A DNA stretch of 63,085 nucleotides, the filler included, from Sphacelaria rigidula (Eukaryota): the NCBI GenBank assembly GCA_964200075.2. It is 9 parts of 9 records of this genome, joined end to end, with 100 filler letters (N's around TTAATTAATTAA, not from the genome) between each part and the next. Parts side by side here need not be neighbours in the genome. Positions count along the whole stretch, not along the records: positions 35,106 to 42,025 come from CAXNAA020017396.1; positions 42,126 to 49,045 come from CAXNAA020017397.1; 7 more parts are not named here. One strand, written 5' to 3'. Below, piece by piece: positions 36,150-49,045 of this stretch (the first letter of the stretch is position 1; every line of letters starts with the position of its first letter). The notes below the pieces were generated by a model. It worked only from the letters and a program-made list of their open reading frames with translations. It had not been told where the DNA came from and made no database searches. The translations under genes were made by a program, and so were the position numbers.

Positions 36150-37020
36150 AGTGCCTTTTTGGACCTTTCACGTCGTTTCACGTCCCAAAACAGAGCTCGG
36201 CAGAGTTTGACCCCAGGGAAAGTCTTGCTCTACTCGTTGAGGTGGTTCCAGGGCGTCGTTCTGGTCTCCGGTGGCCGCAATTTAAATTTTCGCCAAACAA
36301 GAACTTTTGTCCAAGAACGGTCAAGAACGGCCAAATCTAGAAAAAATCGCCGTTGTTCTCTGGACTTGGCCTTTCTTGGACAAGAAATTCTTGTTTGGCC
36401 GAAATCAAAAGTGCGGCCACCGGGAAACGGGAAGATGCCCTGGAACCGCCTCAACTGGTAGAGGAAGTCATTCCAACATGTCAGCCTCCGCCAAGCTCTC
36501 TTTGAGGGCGTAAAACGACGTAAAAGCTCCAAAACGGCAGTTTTCCACATCTTCATTTTTGTCTGTTATAAGGCCAACTCTTACGGGAGCCGTTCAAAAT
36601 TCCTGTCGAAAACTGCCTATTGGGCCCTTCTCCGTCTCTTCACGCCCGAAAAGAGGGCTAGATGGATGTTGACGCCTTGGAATGACTTCCTCTACTCTTG
36701 GAGACCATTCTAGGGCGATTTCGCATTTCCCACTGGCCGCACTTTAGTTTTTGGTCAAATGGGGCCAAACACGGACTTTCAGTAAAAAACGGTCAGGTGC
36801 TCAAAATTTCCCCCTGTTTTTCCGTCGCTTGACCGTTTTTTGTTGAAAATCCGTGTTTGGCCAAAAATAAAAGTGCGGCCAGCGGGAAATGCAAAGTCGC
36901 CCTGGAACGGCCTCAATGAGTAGAGCAAGTCATTCCAAGGCGTCAACATTCGCCTAGCCCTCTTTTCAGGCGTAAAACACCGGAGAAGGGCCAAAAAGGC
37001 AGTTTTAGATAGGAATTTTC
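36150..37020. repeat. Two tandem ~400-bp fold-back units of one family
   Basis: 36150-36545 and 36605-37020 each pair internally (e.g. TGGCCGCACTT/AAGTGCGGCCA, TTGGAATGACTT/AAGTCATTCCAA) and resemble each other. Confidence 0.75.
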
Positions 37021-37071
37021 AACGCCTCCCATTAGAGTCAGTCTAAGGAGCGGCCCAAGGGGAAAGCGGCA

Positions 37072-37197
37072 TTAACCCTTTTGGAACCCACTGACGATTT
37101 TTGTTTTCGTGAATCAACATCATTTTCACTTGAAAATAACTGAAAATGATGCCGATTCACGTAAACAAGAATCGTCAATTGGTTCCAAAAGGGTGAA
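37072..37197. mobile_element. Fully palindromic piggyBac-like MITE
   Basis: TTAA|CCCTTTTGGAACC...GGTTCCAAAAGGG|TGAA. Carries the TGAATC(G/A)(G/A)CATCA..TTCACTTGAAAA motif shared with 30474 and 55948. Confidence 0.8.
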
Positions 37198-37915
37198 AAA
37201 TATATTTTTCGTGTACCCTGAAAAACACCGACATAAAAATTATCTGGTATATAATGGTCGGCATAAAATAGGGTCCACCACGGTACTAGAAACTATGACA
37301 ACGAGTGTATCTTCTCACGCACTGCAGTGTGCAGGAGTGCTGACTGCCAACTGCGCTGTGGCTGTAGCTTAGGCATCATAGTCATGCTTTTCATCCCTCC
37401 AAACGAGGCGAAGCATGGCCCACCGTCGCTCCCCTCAAGGATGCCTTCACTATTACAGCGAGGAACACCACATCCCACACCGTGTATCATTATATCGGTA
37501 CCGTATTATACATTCCGCAGGATTAAGGTAAGCACAACGCAGAATATGTCGTCATCTGCAAACACTGGCACAAATGAATGATGAGCATGGGCGAACAAAG
37601 GTGGCCCAGCCGAACTGAACAAACTGCAGGCACTGCGGCTGTTGAGGGGCTAAGTTCTTTGCAATGGACCACGAGTCCGAAGTACCATCTACCGTACATG
37701 CGTGTCAAGGTGCTGCGCACACACTGCGATGATGCAGCACAGAACAGTGCAGTACAGTGGCGATAGCACTGATAGCAGTGGTCTACGTATTACATACAGA
37801 ACATCCCCTCGCTGAACACGCATCAGGTTCATCAGACATACATCATGACACTGCATTGAAAGCAGAGCAAAATAGGGTACAGTGCAATACAGCACTAAGC
37901 GCACGAAATACTCAC

Positions 37916-38089
37916 AGCCACGTCCACGAAGGTGACCTTAAGGCTGGCTTCCTGCACGCTCTGGGAGAAAGCGCGACCTCCCTGAACTAGACAGCCGCTG
38001 CTGCTACCAACACCACCGTTCATCACCGCTGCCGCTACAGCTCGCCGCGGCAGAGCTACAGCCCCGGCCTTGGCGACGGACCTAAGCAT
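37916..38089 (-). CDS. First exon of a mitochondrion-targeted protein, possibly an adrenodoxin-type ferredoxin
   Basis: aaccATG start; MLRSVAKAGAVALPRRAVAAA...GRAFS presequence (R/A/S-rich, no acidic residues); then LKVTFVD; strong donor |gtgagt. Later exons not found. Confidence 0.6.
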
Positions 38090-39254
38090 GGTTCCCCGTT
38101 TATGTAATGATGTCAGCCCTTCAATCTTCTCTACTGCACCCAGACCGGGCACTACAAAAGTGCGCAATGGGCTGGGTGTCGCGTCGAGGAGCTCCGAGGG
38201 AGGACATATATAACTGTTCTGAAATAATATACGTACGTGAATACATCTACATTTTTGTACTGGAGCTGATGACATGACAATATCTTCACAAAACCCAGAC
38301 AGTATCGCGTTACTTCAGTCATGCTACAACTACTCTCCGCTACATCGCTCCTGCGACGTACCAGGTGTGAAACGAGGTGCCAGCCGGAGTGCAGCGGTGC
38401 GGAGTGTGTAGCCACTACCATGAGGCGAGGAAATTTGAATCAGCTGCAGAAAGCGGCGACAGCATTCAGAAAGGGACGAAATATCGGCATGAGAACGGTG
38501 AGCAATTTGCTGCAACACCATCCGCCTACTCTACATGCAGCGTGCGGAGGGGATCTTCACGGGCAATTCGTATAGGAATCGTCGAGGGCCACTCTGTCGC
38601 TACCTTGAAAAATTGAGGGAGGATCGTAGAAAGGCAGAGATGTTATGGGTCGTAAAGGGTGTGCTTGTGATACTGCTGTGGCGTTTTTGTCGCTCTGTGA
38701 TTACCCAGTGATACGGCAACTCTGTGTCTTTTGCCACCTCGTTTTGTCCTTCATCTGTCTGAGGGAGTACATCAACCATTTGCGCATCTCGTGTCAAGAC
38801 CACGTCCGCTTGCATCGATCCCGTTCCCTTCTCGTCGTGTAGTCACGCCCTCTGCAGTTCATGTGCTCTCCGGTCTGAGCGTGAAAGTGTCTACATATGC
38901 AGCCGACGGCAATCTTTGTCACTTGCCTCGGTTGCAAGAGAGTACATCTCGTTTTTTTTAGAGGTTAGCCCGTGGTAGAGAGTACCGTAAGTCGTGTTTG
39001 TTCAGGCCCCAGCGACACGATACTTGCCGTGTTCCGCCGTCACGAGTAGTACATATATCGTTATGGCGTGGATCTCCTGTCTCACTGACAGGATCCGCCT
39101 GGATGTCAAAATTTCGTGGGTATGCGGGTATGGGACCAAGTGATGGAGGTCAACTTTTTGAGCGCAAGGCCTCCCCTCGGAACAGTAGTTTATCCGACAT
39201 TTCCGTTCTGATGCATTTTTCCGCGCGATCGCATTGCGCAGGGGTGCCATTGTG

Positions 39255-39400
39255 CCCTCCGCCATATTCGTTCGGAGCAGAGATTTTGGCTACCAAGATG
39301 GAGCAGTTAACAGCTATTGCACAAATGTCTTGGTTACACATGGTTGGCCTTATCACCCCGCCCCCTTCCTCCTTCCACCAATTTTCCGCGGGACGAGCCG
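39255..39400 (-). pseudogene. Possible hAT transposase dimerisation-domain remnant
   Basis: PAENWWKEEG...ICAIAVNCSILVAKISA then, by frameshift, SERIW; resembles P..WW...LA...L..PATSA.SER(V/I)(F/W)S. Confidence 0.35.
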
Positions 39401-39599
39401 CCGACGATACATCTCGAAAAGATGAGCTCGCCGCCTCGGGCACAACCCATGTTTGCCTGTGAAACAAATAGCTTTCGCGTATACATGAGCCGGCCTTTCC
39501 TACATGGGAAGGAAAACTTGCAGCCAGAAAAGCCTGCGCTTGGCTGTTGGCGAGGACTCCGTTCCGAATATGCCAAAGTGTGCACACGTCGGACAAATC

Positions 39600-40900
39600 A
39601 GCTCCCTATAGCTCGAGCTAGCTCTTTTTGAGCGTACCTCCCTAGTGAGCTATGAGAGCTACATGAGCTACGCATGTTTTTCCTGGGGTGAGCTGTGAGA
39701 GCTGTATGAGCTACGCATGTTTACCGTATGTTAGCTACCAACCCGTAGCTCATCCTCTCATATTCGTCCTGGGTGAGCTATGGGAGCTGTATGAGCTACG
39801 CACGTTTGCGATATGTGAGCTACCAACCCGCAGCTCATCAGCTCAGGTTCGTTCTGGGTGAGCTATGAGAGCTGTATGAGCTACGCATGTTTGCCCCGGA
39901 TGAGCTATGAGAGTTGTATGAGCTACACATGTTTGCCCTGGATGAGCTATGAGAGCTATGAGAACTATGAGAACTACGATTGCTCATCCCTTTGAACGTG
40001 AGGGTAGGAGGTCTCTGAATCGGCATCACTCAGACTCGAAAAAAAAAGTGAGTTATGCTGATCTATCAGATTGCCTACCCTCGCGGTCAAAGGGCCAACC
40101 CCTTTACGGCGAGCATAATTCATATGTTGAATCGGCCCCAATTTCACTTGAAAAACGTATGCATGACCAGACGGACTCGTGCCCTCGCGGCCAACCGATC
40201 AAAAAGAAACGAATCGGTCGACTATTGTAGACTGAATGTCAATACTTTTTTTAACCATCCGACCATGCGAACGAGGATTTGTGTTGGCTTCTTTCCTTCC
40301 TATCGCGAAGAGTGAGGCAAAACATCACAACCTAATGATATGTGGCGCCATCGTTCGAACCATTCGAACAAGAATGTTGCATCATAAGCGACACGGGGTT
40401 GGCCAGCGGCGAGCTAGGCATATGGCGTGAGAGAGCCAGGACCATGTGTCCCTGGGGTGTGCTACAAGAGCTGCGTGAGCTACACATGTTTGCCTTGGGT
40501 GGGCTATCGAGCGTAGCTCATCCGCATATGTTTTCCCTGTGTGAGCTGTGAGAGCTACATGAGCTGCACATGTTTGCCCTGGGTGAGCTACCAACCCGTA
40601 GCTCATCAGCTCATATTCACCCTGGGTGAGCTATGAGAGCTACATGAGCTACGCATGTTTGTCCTAGGTGAGCTACCAACTCGTAGCTCATCAGCGCACG
40701 TTTACCTTGTGCTGAGCTATCGGACCTAGCTCACATGTACATGTTTGACTACAAGTGAGCTACCGCCCGCAGATGAGCTAGCTCATGAGCTGTCCCACGT
40801 GTGAAAGTGTGCGACATCAGCAGGTTCAAATTATGTAGCTGCACTGGGATATTCTTCGCTCGTTTCGCTAGAAGCACGGAGATGTAGCTCAGCTTTTTAG
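39600..40900. repeat. GAGCT-rich degenerate tandem array
   Basis: Many units like GGGTGAGCTATGAGAGCT(G/A)(T/C)ATGAGCTACGCATGTTTG and GAGCTACCAACCCGTAGCTCATC, split by an insertion at ~39988-40400. Confidence 0.85.
39988..40194. mobile_element. Two adjacent degenerate copies of the ~100-bp piggyBac-like MITE
   Basis: CCCTTTGAACGTGAGGGTAGG...CCTACCCTCGCGGTCAAAGGG, then a second unit with TGAATCGGCCCCAATTTCACTTGAAAAACG...CTCGCGG. Confidence 0.65.
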
Positions 40901-42279
40901 CGTGGGGTTTGCTACGATAATGTTAACCTTAGGTCCTGGGGCTTCCAGGCAACCAAAACGCAGTGGTCGTTAGCATGAAAGAAGACGCATCTCAGCAAAG
41001 TCCACCACAAACTCAAAACGTTGACACGTTTGCGTGCAATCCATGTGGCTCGCATCCCACATTTATGACAGCCTACACCAATGTAGTCTAGTACAGTAGT
41101 AGAGCGCAACATGCACCGCACAGCACCAGACAGCACGGTACAACTATAGCACTGAGTGCTCCACACAGATATGCATCAGGGTACCCGTCACAGACGGACG
41201 TGACTCCCGGCACAGTGTCAGGGCAGCAGCAACGTCCCTGAGGGGGGTGGTGATCAACAACGAGCGTATAGTACTGTACAGGAGTAGGAGTAAATATGTA
41301 TCTGCGGAGAAGTGCGTCAGCAGGATTCAGGTTGAGTTTGTGTACGGTAGTTGCTGATGGCCTATGCCCCCGACCATGTTGCTGCTAGCCGTCGCTGGAG
41401 GTGGTACACAGGACTGATCAATTCTGCTCTTGCCACGTCACCCAGGAGTCACGTGCGCTTCGCTTTGCTCGCCTTCCACGTTGCTTATGGGTGTTTCCGT
41501 ATCGGTATTGTATGTCCATCTGTCAGCGGGTAGTGCCGACACCTGAAGCAGAAGCTACCAAGGTTTTTTATTGCTTTCAACACATGAAGTAGAGAAAAAA
41601 ACATGGTGTAGGTATGAGACCCAAACCAACATGATTTTACCATCGGAGTCCTAAGCTGCTCTCAACACGTTGTTCAGCGCGTGTTGGCATCTTAGTTATC
41701 CATAGGTACCTGGGCATGCTTTCCCCAAAAAACGCGATATATTTTGGTCGCTACCCGTTTGGTTGTTCGCCCTCTGCCCATATGATTGGTTTAACATACG
41801 CCGCAAAAACCTAATCCAACAGGAGAAAACATCACCTTCACTCAGCGCTATGAGAGCACCAGATCCCACAGTCTCGAGGCTCGCAGTATTGTAAAATCAT
41901 GCCAAAACGTGTGAAATCTTCCAAAATATTCGTTGCGAGTTGCAGGGCACGGCATGATTACGAGCTGGGCCATCCTCAAAACGGATTTAAGCTCTAAAAG
42001 CAATATCTCATCGACACAGACGAGTNNNNNNNNNNNNNNNNNNNNNNNNNNNNNNNNNNNNNNNNNNNNTTAATTAATTAANNNNNNNNNNNNNNNNNNN
42101 NNNNNNNNNNNNNNNNNNNNNNNNNTTTCAGATATCGGTAAAATGCCCCCAACTCATGAAAAAAAAAATAACTTGTGTGCGCCAGCAATTTTTTTTTATC
42201 ATGCCCTACTCATTGTCCATACCAAATTTCAGGGTCCAGCTCCAAGTATTGGCCGTATAATGGGCCTGCAAAATGCAGA

Positions 42280-45001
42280 ATCGCTTCTCGGCTGGCCCAG
42301 CTCGTAGTGACTTAGTGTGGTGTGGGAAAGTATATTCACACGGCCGCGTCTCGCATGACCCGGTCCGCTTGCAAGGTTTGTCTGACATGCGGCGTCCAGA
42401 AACAGCAGCAGCACTAATGTAATTCCTGCACGCAATGAACTGGTTGCGTACCTCGTTGCCACGTATGGCCGAGGTATTGGCGCCCTTGCGCGTTTTCCTA
42501 GAAGAACTCATGGTGGGGGCTGCAAGGCGCACGAAGCAGGTGGCCAAAAACCGCGTTAGTCCGCCCGCATCATGGACGAAGGACAGGCTACAGGCATGGG
42601 CGGGAGCGAAGGATTTGGTGGCTCATGCCGTGACGCTGTTCCATCCCCACCCCGGTTGCCAGGTGCTGATGTTTCCGGATGCATCCGAGTATCATTGGGG
42701 TAGTTTTGTAACGCAGGTGCCTGATGCATAAATGCAACAACAGTTGCCGGTTGAAGACATGACGCATGAACCGCTGGCTTTTCTTCGTGGTAATTTCAAG
42801 GTTTCACAGATGCGTTGGGCAACCATTAACAAAGAAGGTTTCGCTATCGTGAGCACTTTTCGTCGTGTCGAGCATCTATTGTGGAATGGCGTGCACTTTT
42901 TCACGGATCACCGCAATCTGGCGTACATTTTCAACCTGGAGGCATGCGTGGCGTCTGTGTCGGAGGCGTTGGCACAACGATTGAAGGGGTGGAAAGGTGT
43001 ATTAGGCCAGTATCGGTACACGATTTGTCATATTTCCGGTGAACGTAACGCGTGGGTTGACTTGCTGTCGCGCTGGGTAAATATTTCCACCATGCACGCG
43101 CGAGCTGTGACTGTATCTGGTCTGTGTGAAGCGGATGACTCGATGCCGTCGAAATCTGTGGTCCGCCAAGCTCAACGGAAAGAACTTGGGGCCACTGATG
43201 CGGATGTGCAATCCTTCGAGTCGGATGTTGGTACAGCGATTTTGGATACTGAAGGTTTGTTTGTTCGTGTGCATGTACGTGGCCGAAACGTGTTGTGGAT
43301 TCCCAGCTCCGACAAACAATTGCACATACGTTTGATTATTTGTGCGCACATGCGCGATGCCGGGCATGGCGGTGTGGCTGCGACGCTCGTGCGCTTGCAA
43401 GAGTTTTGTGTTTGGCAGGGAATGGAAACTCAGGTGCGCGAGTTTGTCCGACAGTGTCTTCAGTGTGCTGACTCGAGGGCGGGTGATGTTCCCCGCCCGC
43501 TCGGCGAAACGGTCCACGGGACCACGCCGAATGAGGTCGTCCATTGACTTCTTGTACGTGGGCGAGAGTGGCCCGCTAGCTTCCCAAGGTTGGTCGGAGG
43601 ATTCCGGGTTTCGATACATTTTGGTAACCATGGATGATTTGAGCAACTCTGTGGCTCTGGAACCAGTAGCATTGTGTACTGCTGAATCGACCGCTGCGTC
43701 TTTGCTGAATTGGTGCAAAACTTTGGGGGTGCCGCGTGTTTGGGTGAGTGATACCGCCACGCATTTCAAGAACACGATCTTGATCCGCTTGCGAGAGGCT
43801 TTACACGTTGATCACCGGTTTGCGGTGGCATATTATCCGTGGTCTAACAGCACGTGCAAACGCATGGTCAAGGAAGTCGTTCGCGCTCTTCGATCTATTC
43901 TTCTCGAGCAGCATCGAGAGGTGACGAGTGGGTGGACGTGTTGCCCGCTGTGCAATGGGCGCTAAATACAGCATATCGCCGTCGGTACGATAGTATGCCG
44001 TATCACGTGATGTTTGGTCGTGCATCTCGGACGTCTTTCTCGGTGCCGGCGTCCTCGTCGGCGGGGGAATGGAAGTGTGATGTTCTGGGCGACGTTCAAA
44101 TTAAGAGTGCATTGCAAGGAGTTTTGGAGTTGCAGGAAAGTTTCCACGTTCAAGTGCAGGAGCATGTTGCCGCTGAACGTGCGCGTAAACGTGAGGGGTC
44201 TTCGTCGGGGCTGAAATTGCCGAATTTCGAGGTAGGCAATTATGTTTTTGAATGCACGCGTGCGTCGCTCGGGAGTTACGCCTAAATTCATGGCGGCGTG
44301 AACTGGTCCGTGGGGAGCGGTTGGTGCTCATCACCCGCATGTGTTTGACATCCAAAACATCGTTTCGGGTCGTGTTCAGACCGCCCATGTAGCTCGTCTG
44401 CGTTTTTATGCAGACTCACAGCTTAATGTAACGGCAGACATGAAGGATGTGTTTCAGCCCGCCTCCAACCAGGGGCAACTTCAGATGGCTGGGATTGGTC
44501 GCGTGGCATAGGCAGAGGATCGTTCGTTGATCGTGTTGGTCGACTGGGTTGGTTTTGAAGTCGAGGAGCGTACGTGGGAGCCTATTAACATATTTTTTGA
44601 GGTCGCTCAGGAATTTCTCAAAAAGGAGTTGCGGAAGGTGCGAGTGACTCATTCCATCGCGGCTCGCATTACGCGTGAGTTTGGTATTCAGTTGTGACTT
44701 GCTCAATCGTTTCGGCGTTATGTTTCTGAGTATCAAGCTTGTTGCTCGATTCTCGTCCAACGCGCTGTGGGGGTGCTGTGACGAAATCACGCCGTCACGT
44801 TGAGCATATAGTGATGATATGGATGATGACATGGGCACAGGGGTGATACCCTGATGTGGTATGGGGCGTATGTACCTGGGTGTCACTCCAGGATAATAAA
44901 AGGTGTTGTGAAGGCTAACAACTGAAACCTGAGGCCAGTGGAACTGGGGAGTCCCTCAACAGCATAAGACGCTGCAGTACTAGCAACCTGCTGGCGTCAC
45001 A
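42280..45001 (+). mobile_element. Ty3/Gypsy chromovirus-type LTR retrotransposon, 3' half, degenerate
   Basis: RT connection (NWLRTSLPRMAEVLAPL), RNaseH (FPDAS, KEGFAIV, FTDHRNL, NAWVDLLSR), integrase HHCC + IDFL/VSDTATHF, GPW, chromodomain (LVDWVGFEVEERTWEP), PPT GGGGG, LTR 44777-45001 (TGTGACG...CGTCACA). Confidence 0.93.
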
Positions 45002-46067
45002 GACCCCGTGTTCGCCGAAAATGCAGGGGAAAACCCCTGCTTGGGAAGGACGCGTGTCCAGCACGTAGGTGAACGTTTCGTGCTTTTCCATGGCTTGATT
45101 CCGACAACGTCACCTCATCGCCGAGCCGCCCCACAAGGGAAGGGGTGTCAATACCATCCTCCGTAATGCCCCGAAAAGGCAACACCAAACGGGATTTGGG
45201 CTATCCTGTTTCACCCCACACTCACGAACCCAGTCGATGGTGAACTCCAATCGACAGGGTTGAAACGTTGACGATCGTGATCAATGCCCCAAGTCCCGTT
45301 TATTTTGCCTCATCTCGGCATCGCTCAGGACTGACAGCTTCCCATTTAGACCCGTTCGGCAGTGAGGCGGTCTTCTGGCAATCAGGGCATTGAAAAGCGC
45401 AACGCATATACATTCACTTTTACCAGCTGTCAACTTCTCTTCATCAACAGGTCCAAAATCATCCCACATCGTTGCCCGCATCAGAGGAAGCAGTACATTT
45501 TGCGTGAGATACCGGCTTTCTATTGATTCATTAATTCATTGTTTGATTGATCGCCGCACTTTAACTGACCCCCCAGGGATCCAGCCGTGGTCCCATGATC
45601 GTAAGCACAGTTAAATAATTAAACATTTATTGCCCCCTTACAGAGAGAGAGGACGTCAGGAAAAACAGACGAGAACAGCCTCCCCGCGAGTTAGCCGGGA
45701 TGTGGCAAAACAAACAAATCAGATTTGCCAACACAGTAAAGGAGCCAAATGGGTGCCAAGCGAGAGTCAAACAACAAATAACAAACATCCGTGGGTACCC
45801 ATGGAACACACACACACGCACACACACAAGAGTTTTCAGGAAAACGGCAGACGCATCACCGAGTACACTACGTGATGGGCTAATCTTTACGTTTCGGCGA
45901 CGACCTTCCAAAGACACTGAGGGAACTCTATAATAGTGGTTTGAATCCCAATTTGATGCGCATTCCCCGCCAACAGCGCAGCAGGCGATCGATTTAGTCT
46001 CCTGAGCTATGCGAAGCAAGAGGGAAAAGACGACAACCCCTTGTCAAAACACACAAACAACACTCAC

Positions 46068-46286
46068 GTCACCGCGATATGGAGAGAAGGATGTTCCGTC
46101 CTGATGCCCCAGTCTCGCGGTGGCGCCGTCACCTTTCCCGGCGTCAAACTGCGCGAGAACCCCCATGGATCTCTGGATCGCCGAGACGTTTATCCTCCAT
46201 TCCTGATTGCCAGTGGCCGGGTTCTTCTCCAGGTTGGTCACCGCGAACGCTCGCAGCGCAGGGTCGATAATATCCTTCGCCAAGAG
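46068..46286 (-). CDS. Internal exon of an alpha/beta hydrolase, ABHD11/YbfF-like
   Basis: aattcag|CTC...GAC|gtgagt, 219 bp, phase 0-0. LLAKDIIDPALRAFAVTNL...WRINVSAI...Y.GD parallels the ABHD11 pattern RQFLLTNL...WRVNLDAL...F.GP. Confidence 0.72.
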
Positions 46287-46389
46287 CTGAATTTTTTGTT
46301 TTCATGTTTATCGGCATGTGCGCAGAGGAGGACAAAAAATCGCCGCACGAAATTAATCAACTATTATAATTCCTTTCATTTCTTCCTCC

Positions 46390-46520
46390 CCCTCGTCGAC
46401 AGCTGACGAACAGTACCCTCCCCCCCCCATCTAGCTCCGTCTCGAAAGGGATGCGTGGTCAATGGTCAAATGACTAAGGCAAGCAACAAATGAGTACGCC
46501 CTCGTCGACGGCTGACGAAC
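46390..46520 (+). mobile_element. 87-bp LINE 3'-end insertion flanked by a 22-bp target-site duplication
   Basis: CCCTCGTCGAC(A/G)GCTGACGAAC at 46390-46411 and 46499-46520. Confidence 0.88.
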
Positions 46521-47769
46521 GGGAGGAAACGTGCAAGTGAGGGTAAATTTTAGAAACTCTCAAGGCCGCTTTTTAATGGGATTCTAGAGATCGAGTTGTT
46601 CGGGAAACGCCTAGAATATGTGTCTTTTCGGGTAGATTTTCACCCATTTCCCTCGCCAAGAAAATATGTCCTCTGGGATATCGGATTCTACACTCATGAT
46701 TGATTTGTTTTCATTTGATTGTCGCACTTGAAGTGACCCCCCAGAGATCCAGCCGCGGTCGCATGATAGACGTACCCAAGACAAGACAAAACTGAAACAC
46801 TCGCTGAAGAAAAACAAGGAACAGGACAAAAGTAGAACATTGCGACATATTTATAGAAGACCAAGACGTGAAAAAAAAAAGCGCAAGAGGAAATGGCCGG
46901 TCTCTGCCACCGGCTTCAGCCTGCAAGGTCTTACGCAGAACCACACTCACATCCAGTCGTAAAAAACAAAAGACCGTGGAAAGGAAGAGAAAAAATCAAT
47001 TGTAGCAGGGAATTTTCGAATGGGCGCGCTTGTTACTTGGTCATCCGCTAAATATCGTTCTCCTCCAGCAAGCCTGGAACAGTCGTGAAGTATTGGGTCA
47101 TGATGTCTCAAACGATCCTCCGAGAAACGAACGGCCTTCGTCGAAAAACACGACCGAAGTTCTCGAATAAATCTTCTCGTCGTAAGGACAAACTTTCTGT
47201 TCCCTTAACACAAACAATAAACAGAGATAAAAAAATATATGTAAGAAAAGTATCAAACCTTTTTTTTCTCCCCCAAAGTGTAAAATCTCTTGTTAAGAGC
47301 ACAATGAGAGGCCTAAAATAGCACGATAAAACCCGTGCAGCTTGTGCTGAGGCATGTCCCCTGAAACACCACGCCTCAGAAGCACGATTTTGGCAATCGC
47401 AGTAGGGTCAACGGCGCATCAGAAGGAACAGAAGGAACAGAAGGAACAGAAGGGTGCAGTCATGAACATGCATGCCAGAGTTATAAGACCGTCGACCTCG
47501 CATCCCTACAAAGCCGGGACGGACGGAGCACACCGGTTTTTCGCCGGACCAGGCTCGCACTCAATCACCAAGCGCGAAGCGCCGTGGTGTGTTCCGCGAG
47601 TCGCATCAAGGGTGGGTTGCATCATGCTAAGATTGTTCGATCCGAAGCCTACTGGTTATCTGCATGTGGATGACAGCCTACAATGAGTTGCTCTATTTTC
47701 TGGTATTGCCACTTCCAGAGACAGCCACGGCTTATACACTGCCTCATGGGTGTCTCACCATAGGAACAT

Positions 47770-47930
47770 GGGGGGGCGTGCTCATTCATTGCTTGCCTTA
47801 GTCGTTTGACCACTGACCACGCATTCCTTTCGAGACGGAGCACCGTTCCTACTCTTAATGGAGACACCTTCAACATTCCGGCGCTCATTACGTTTCTTTC
47901 ATACAATACGCAAAAATATTTTACATATCT
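47770..47930 (-). mobile_element. LINE 3' fragment with C tail
   Basis: Reverse complement matches ~16250-16415, ending GAGCACGCCCCCCC. Confidence 0.85.
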
Positions 47931-48917
47931 TAGGAGGAACAGGGGGGGGAGAGTAAATACAACGGTGACAAGCTAACGATGCGTTGAAGGGACGGGGCGA
48001 AGGCGATAGTAGAAACGAACAAGGGGGCAGATTCGTGTGGAGAAGCGGACCTCGGCATGCCGATTTGATTGATTGATTGGTTGATTGATTGTCGCACTCT
48101 GACTGGTCCCCCAGGTAGTCATGATCCAGCCGTGGTCATTATCCACATGGTAGACATACCCGAGACAAAGACAAAACTGAAAGTCTCGCCGAAGAAAAAT
48201 GAAAGAAAAAACAGAAGAGGTCGATGGTGAAGGCAAACTGCGCATCATCGCAGGGTCCATGTACGAGTCGGATTGCACGTGTGGTGCATATTCATGGGTA
48301 GCACATTCGCTGTGGTGTGTAGTATAATAGTCAGCATTTCAATCCAGTGGAACATGTTCGATGTCAAGCGATACTTTCACGTTTTGCGGGTACTAACAAT
48401 CATCATGGTGAACATGTGATCCCAAACGTTTGAGGATGGAGAGATTTTCGTTTCTCATGCAAATTCCGAAAATAGCATCGTGCCCAACGAGTTGTGTCAT
48501 ATCTCCAAGTGGAGACACCATACCTCCCCCTCCCCCCCTTTTCTTGGCCTCCTGGAACTCTCTACTGCACACATTGCCCAAAAACCACAAGAGGAGCAGT
48601 ATGGAGGCGCCTCTCTTCGCTAGCCGCTCATTGACACTAAGAGCGTTCAACCGGACGCAAATAATTGACTTGTTGACCTAATCTTTGTCTACACGCACCC
48701 CCATTAGGGTACTGCACGGTCTCCGGAAAATTCTGAAACTCAGTCCCGGGTCTCGCTATGTGACTCGTACCAAAAACTCGCCAACAGTGTAAATTCTTGC
48801 TCCGACTTCAGAAACATATTTTCAAGACGTGAACCAACTTCATCTTCAGCACCCCCAACCACGTTTGGCATCCCAATTAGTTGGATTTGAAGTATCCCCC
48901 GCCTCCCCCAAAAAAGA

Positions 48918-49045
48918 ATAAAGAGATTTACCAGTCGTCGAGAGGAGGAGGAAGTAGATGGGCAGAACTGCCCCTGTGGCAAAGCAATAGAGAGCAGAAG
49001 TCATTTAGTTGCAGAATGTGAACTATTCAAGGAGGAACAGGACGT
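48918..49045 (+). mobile_element. LINE fragment with CCHC knuckle
   Basis: NCPCGKAIESRSHLVAECE; matches ~16015-16125. Confidence 0.8.

Larger units (their letters stand above)
45520..48215 (-). repeat. Three 3'-end copies of a (CAAT)n-tailed non-LTR family (~45520-45600, 46696-46830, 48062-48215); short + strand copy at ~26471-26511
   Basis: On +: TGATTGATT..GTCGCACT..GACCCCCCAG..GATCCAGCCG(T/C)GGTC..TAGAC.TACCC.AGACAA.ACAAAACTGAAA. Confidence 0.75.

Noticed and set aside
41240..41540. Solo LTR after a GAGGGGGG purine tract
   Set aside because: No matching second copy, no clean TG...CA inverted ends and no TSD.
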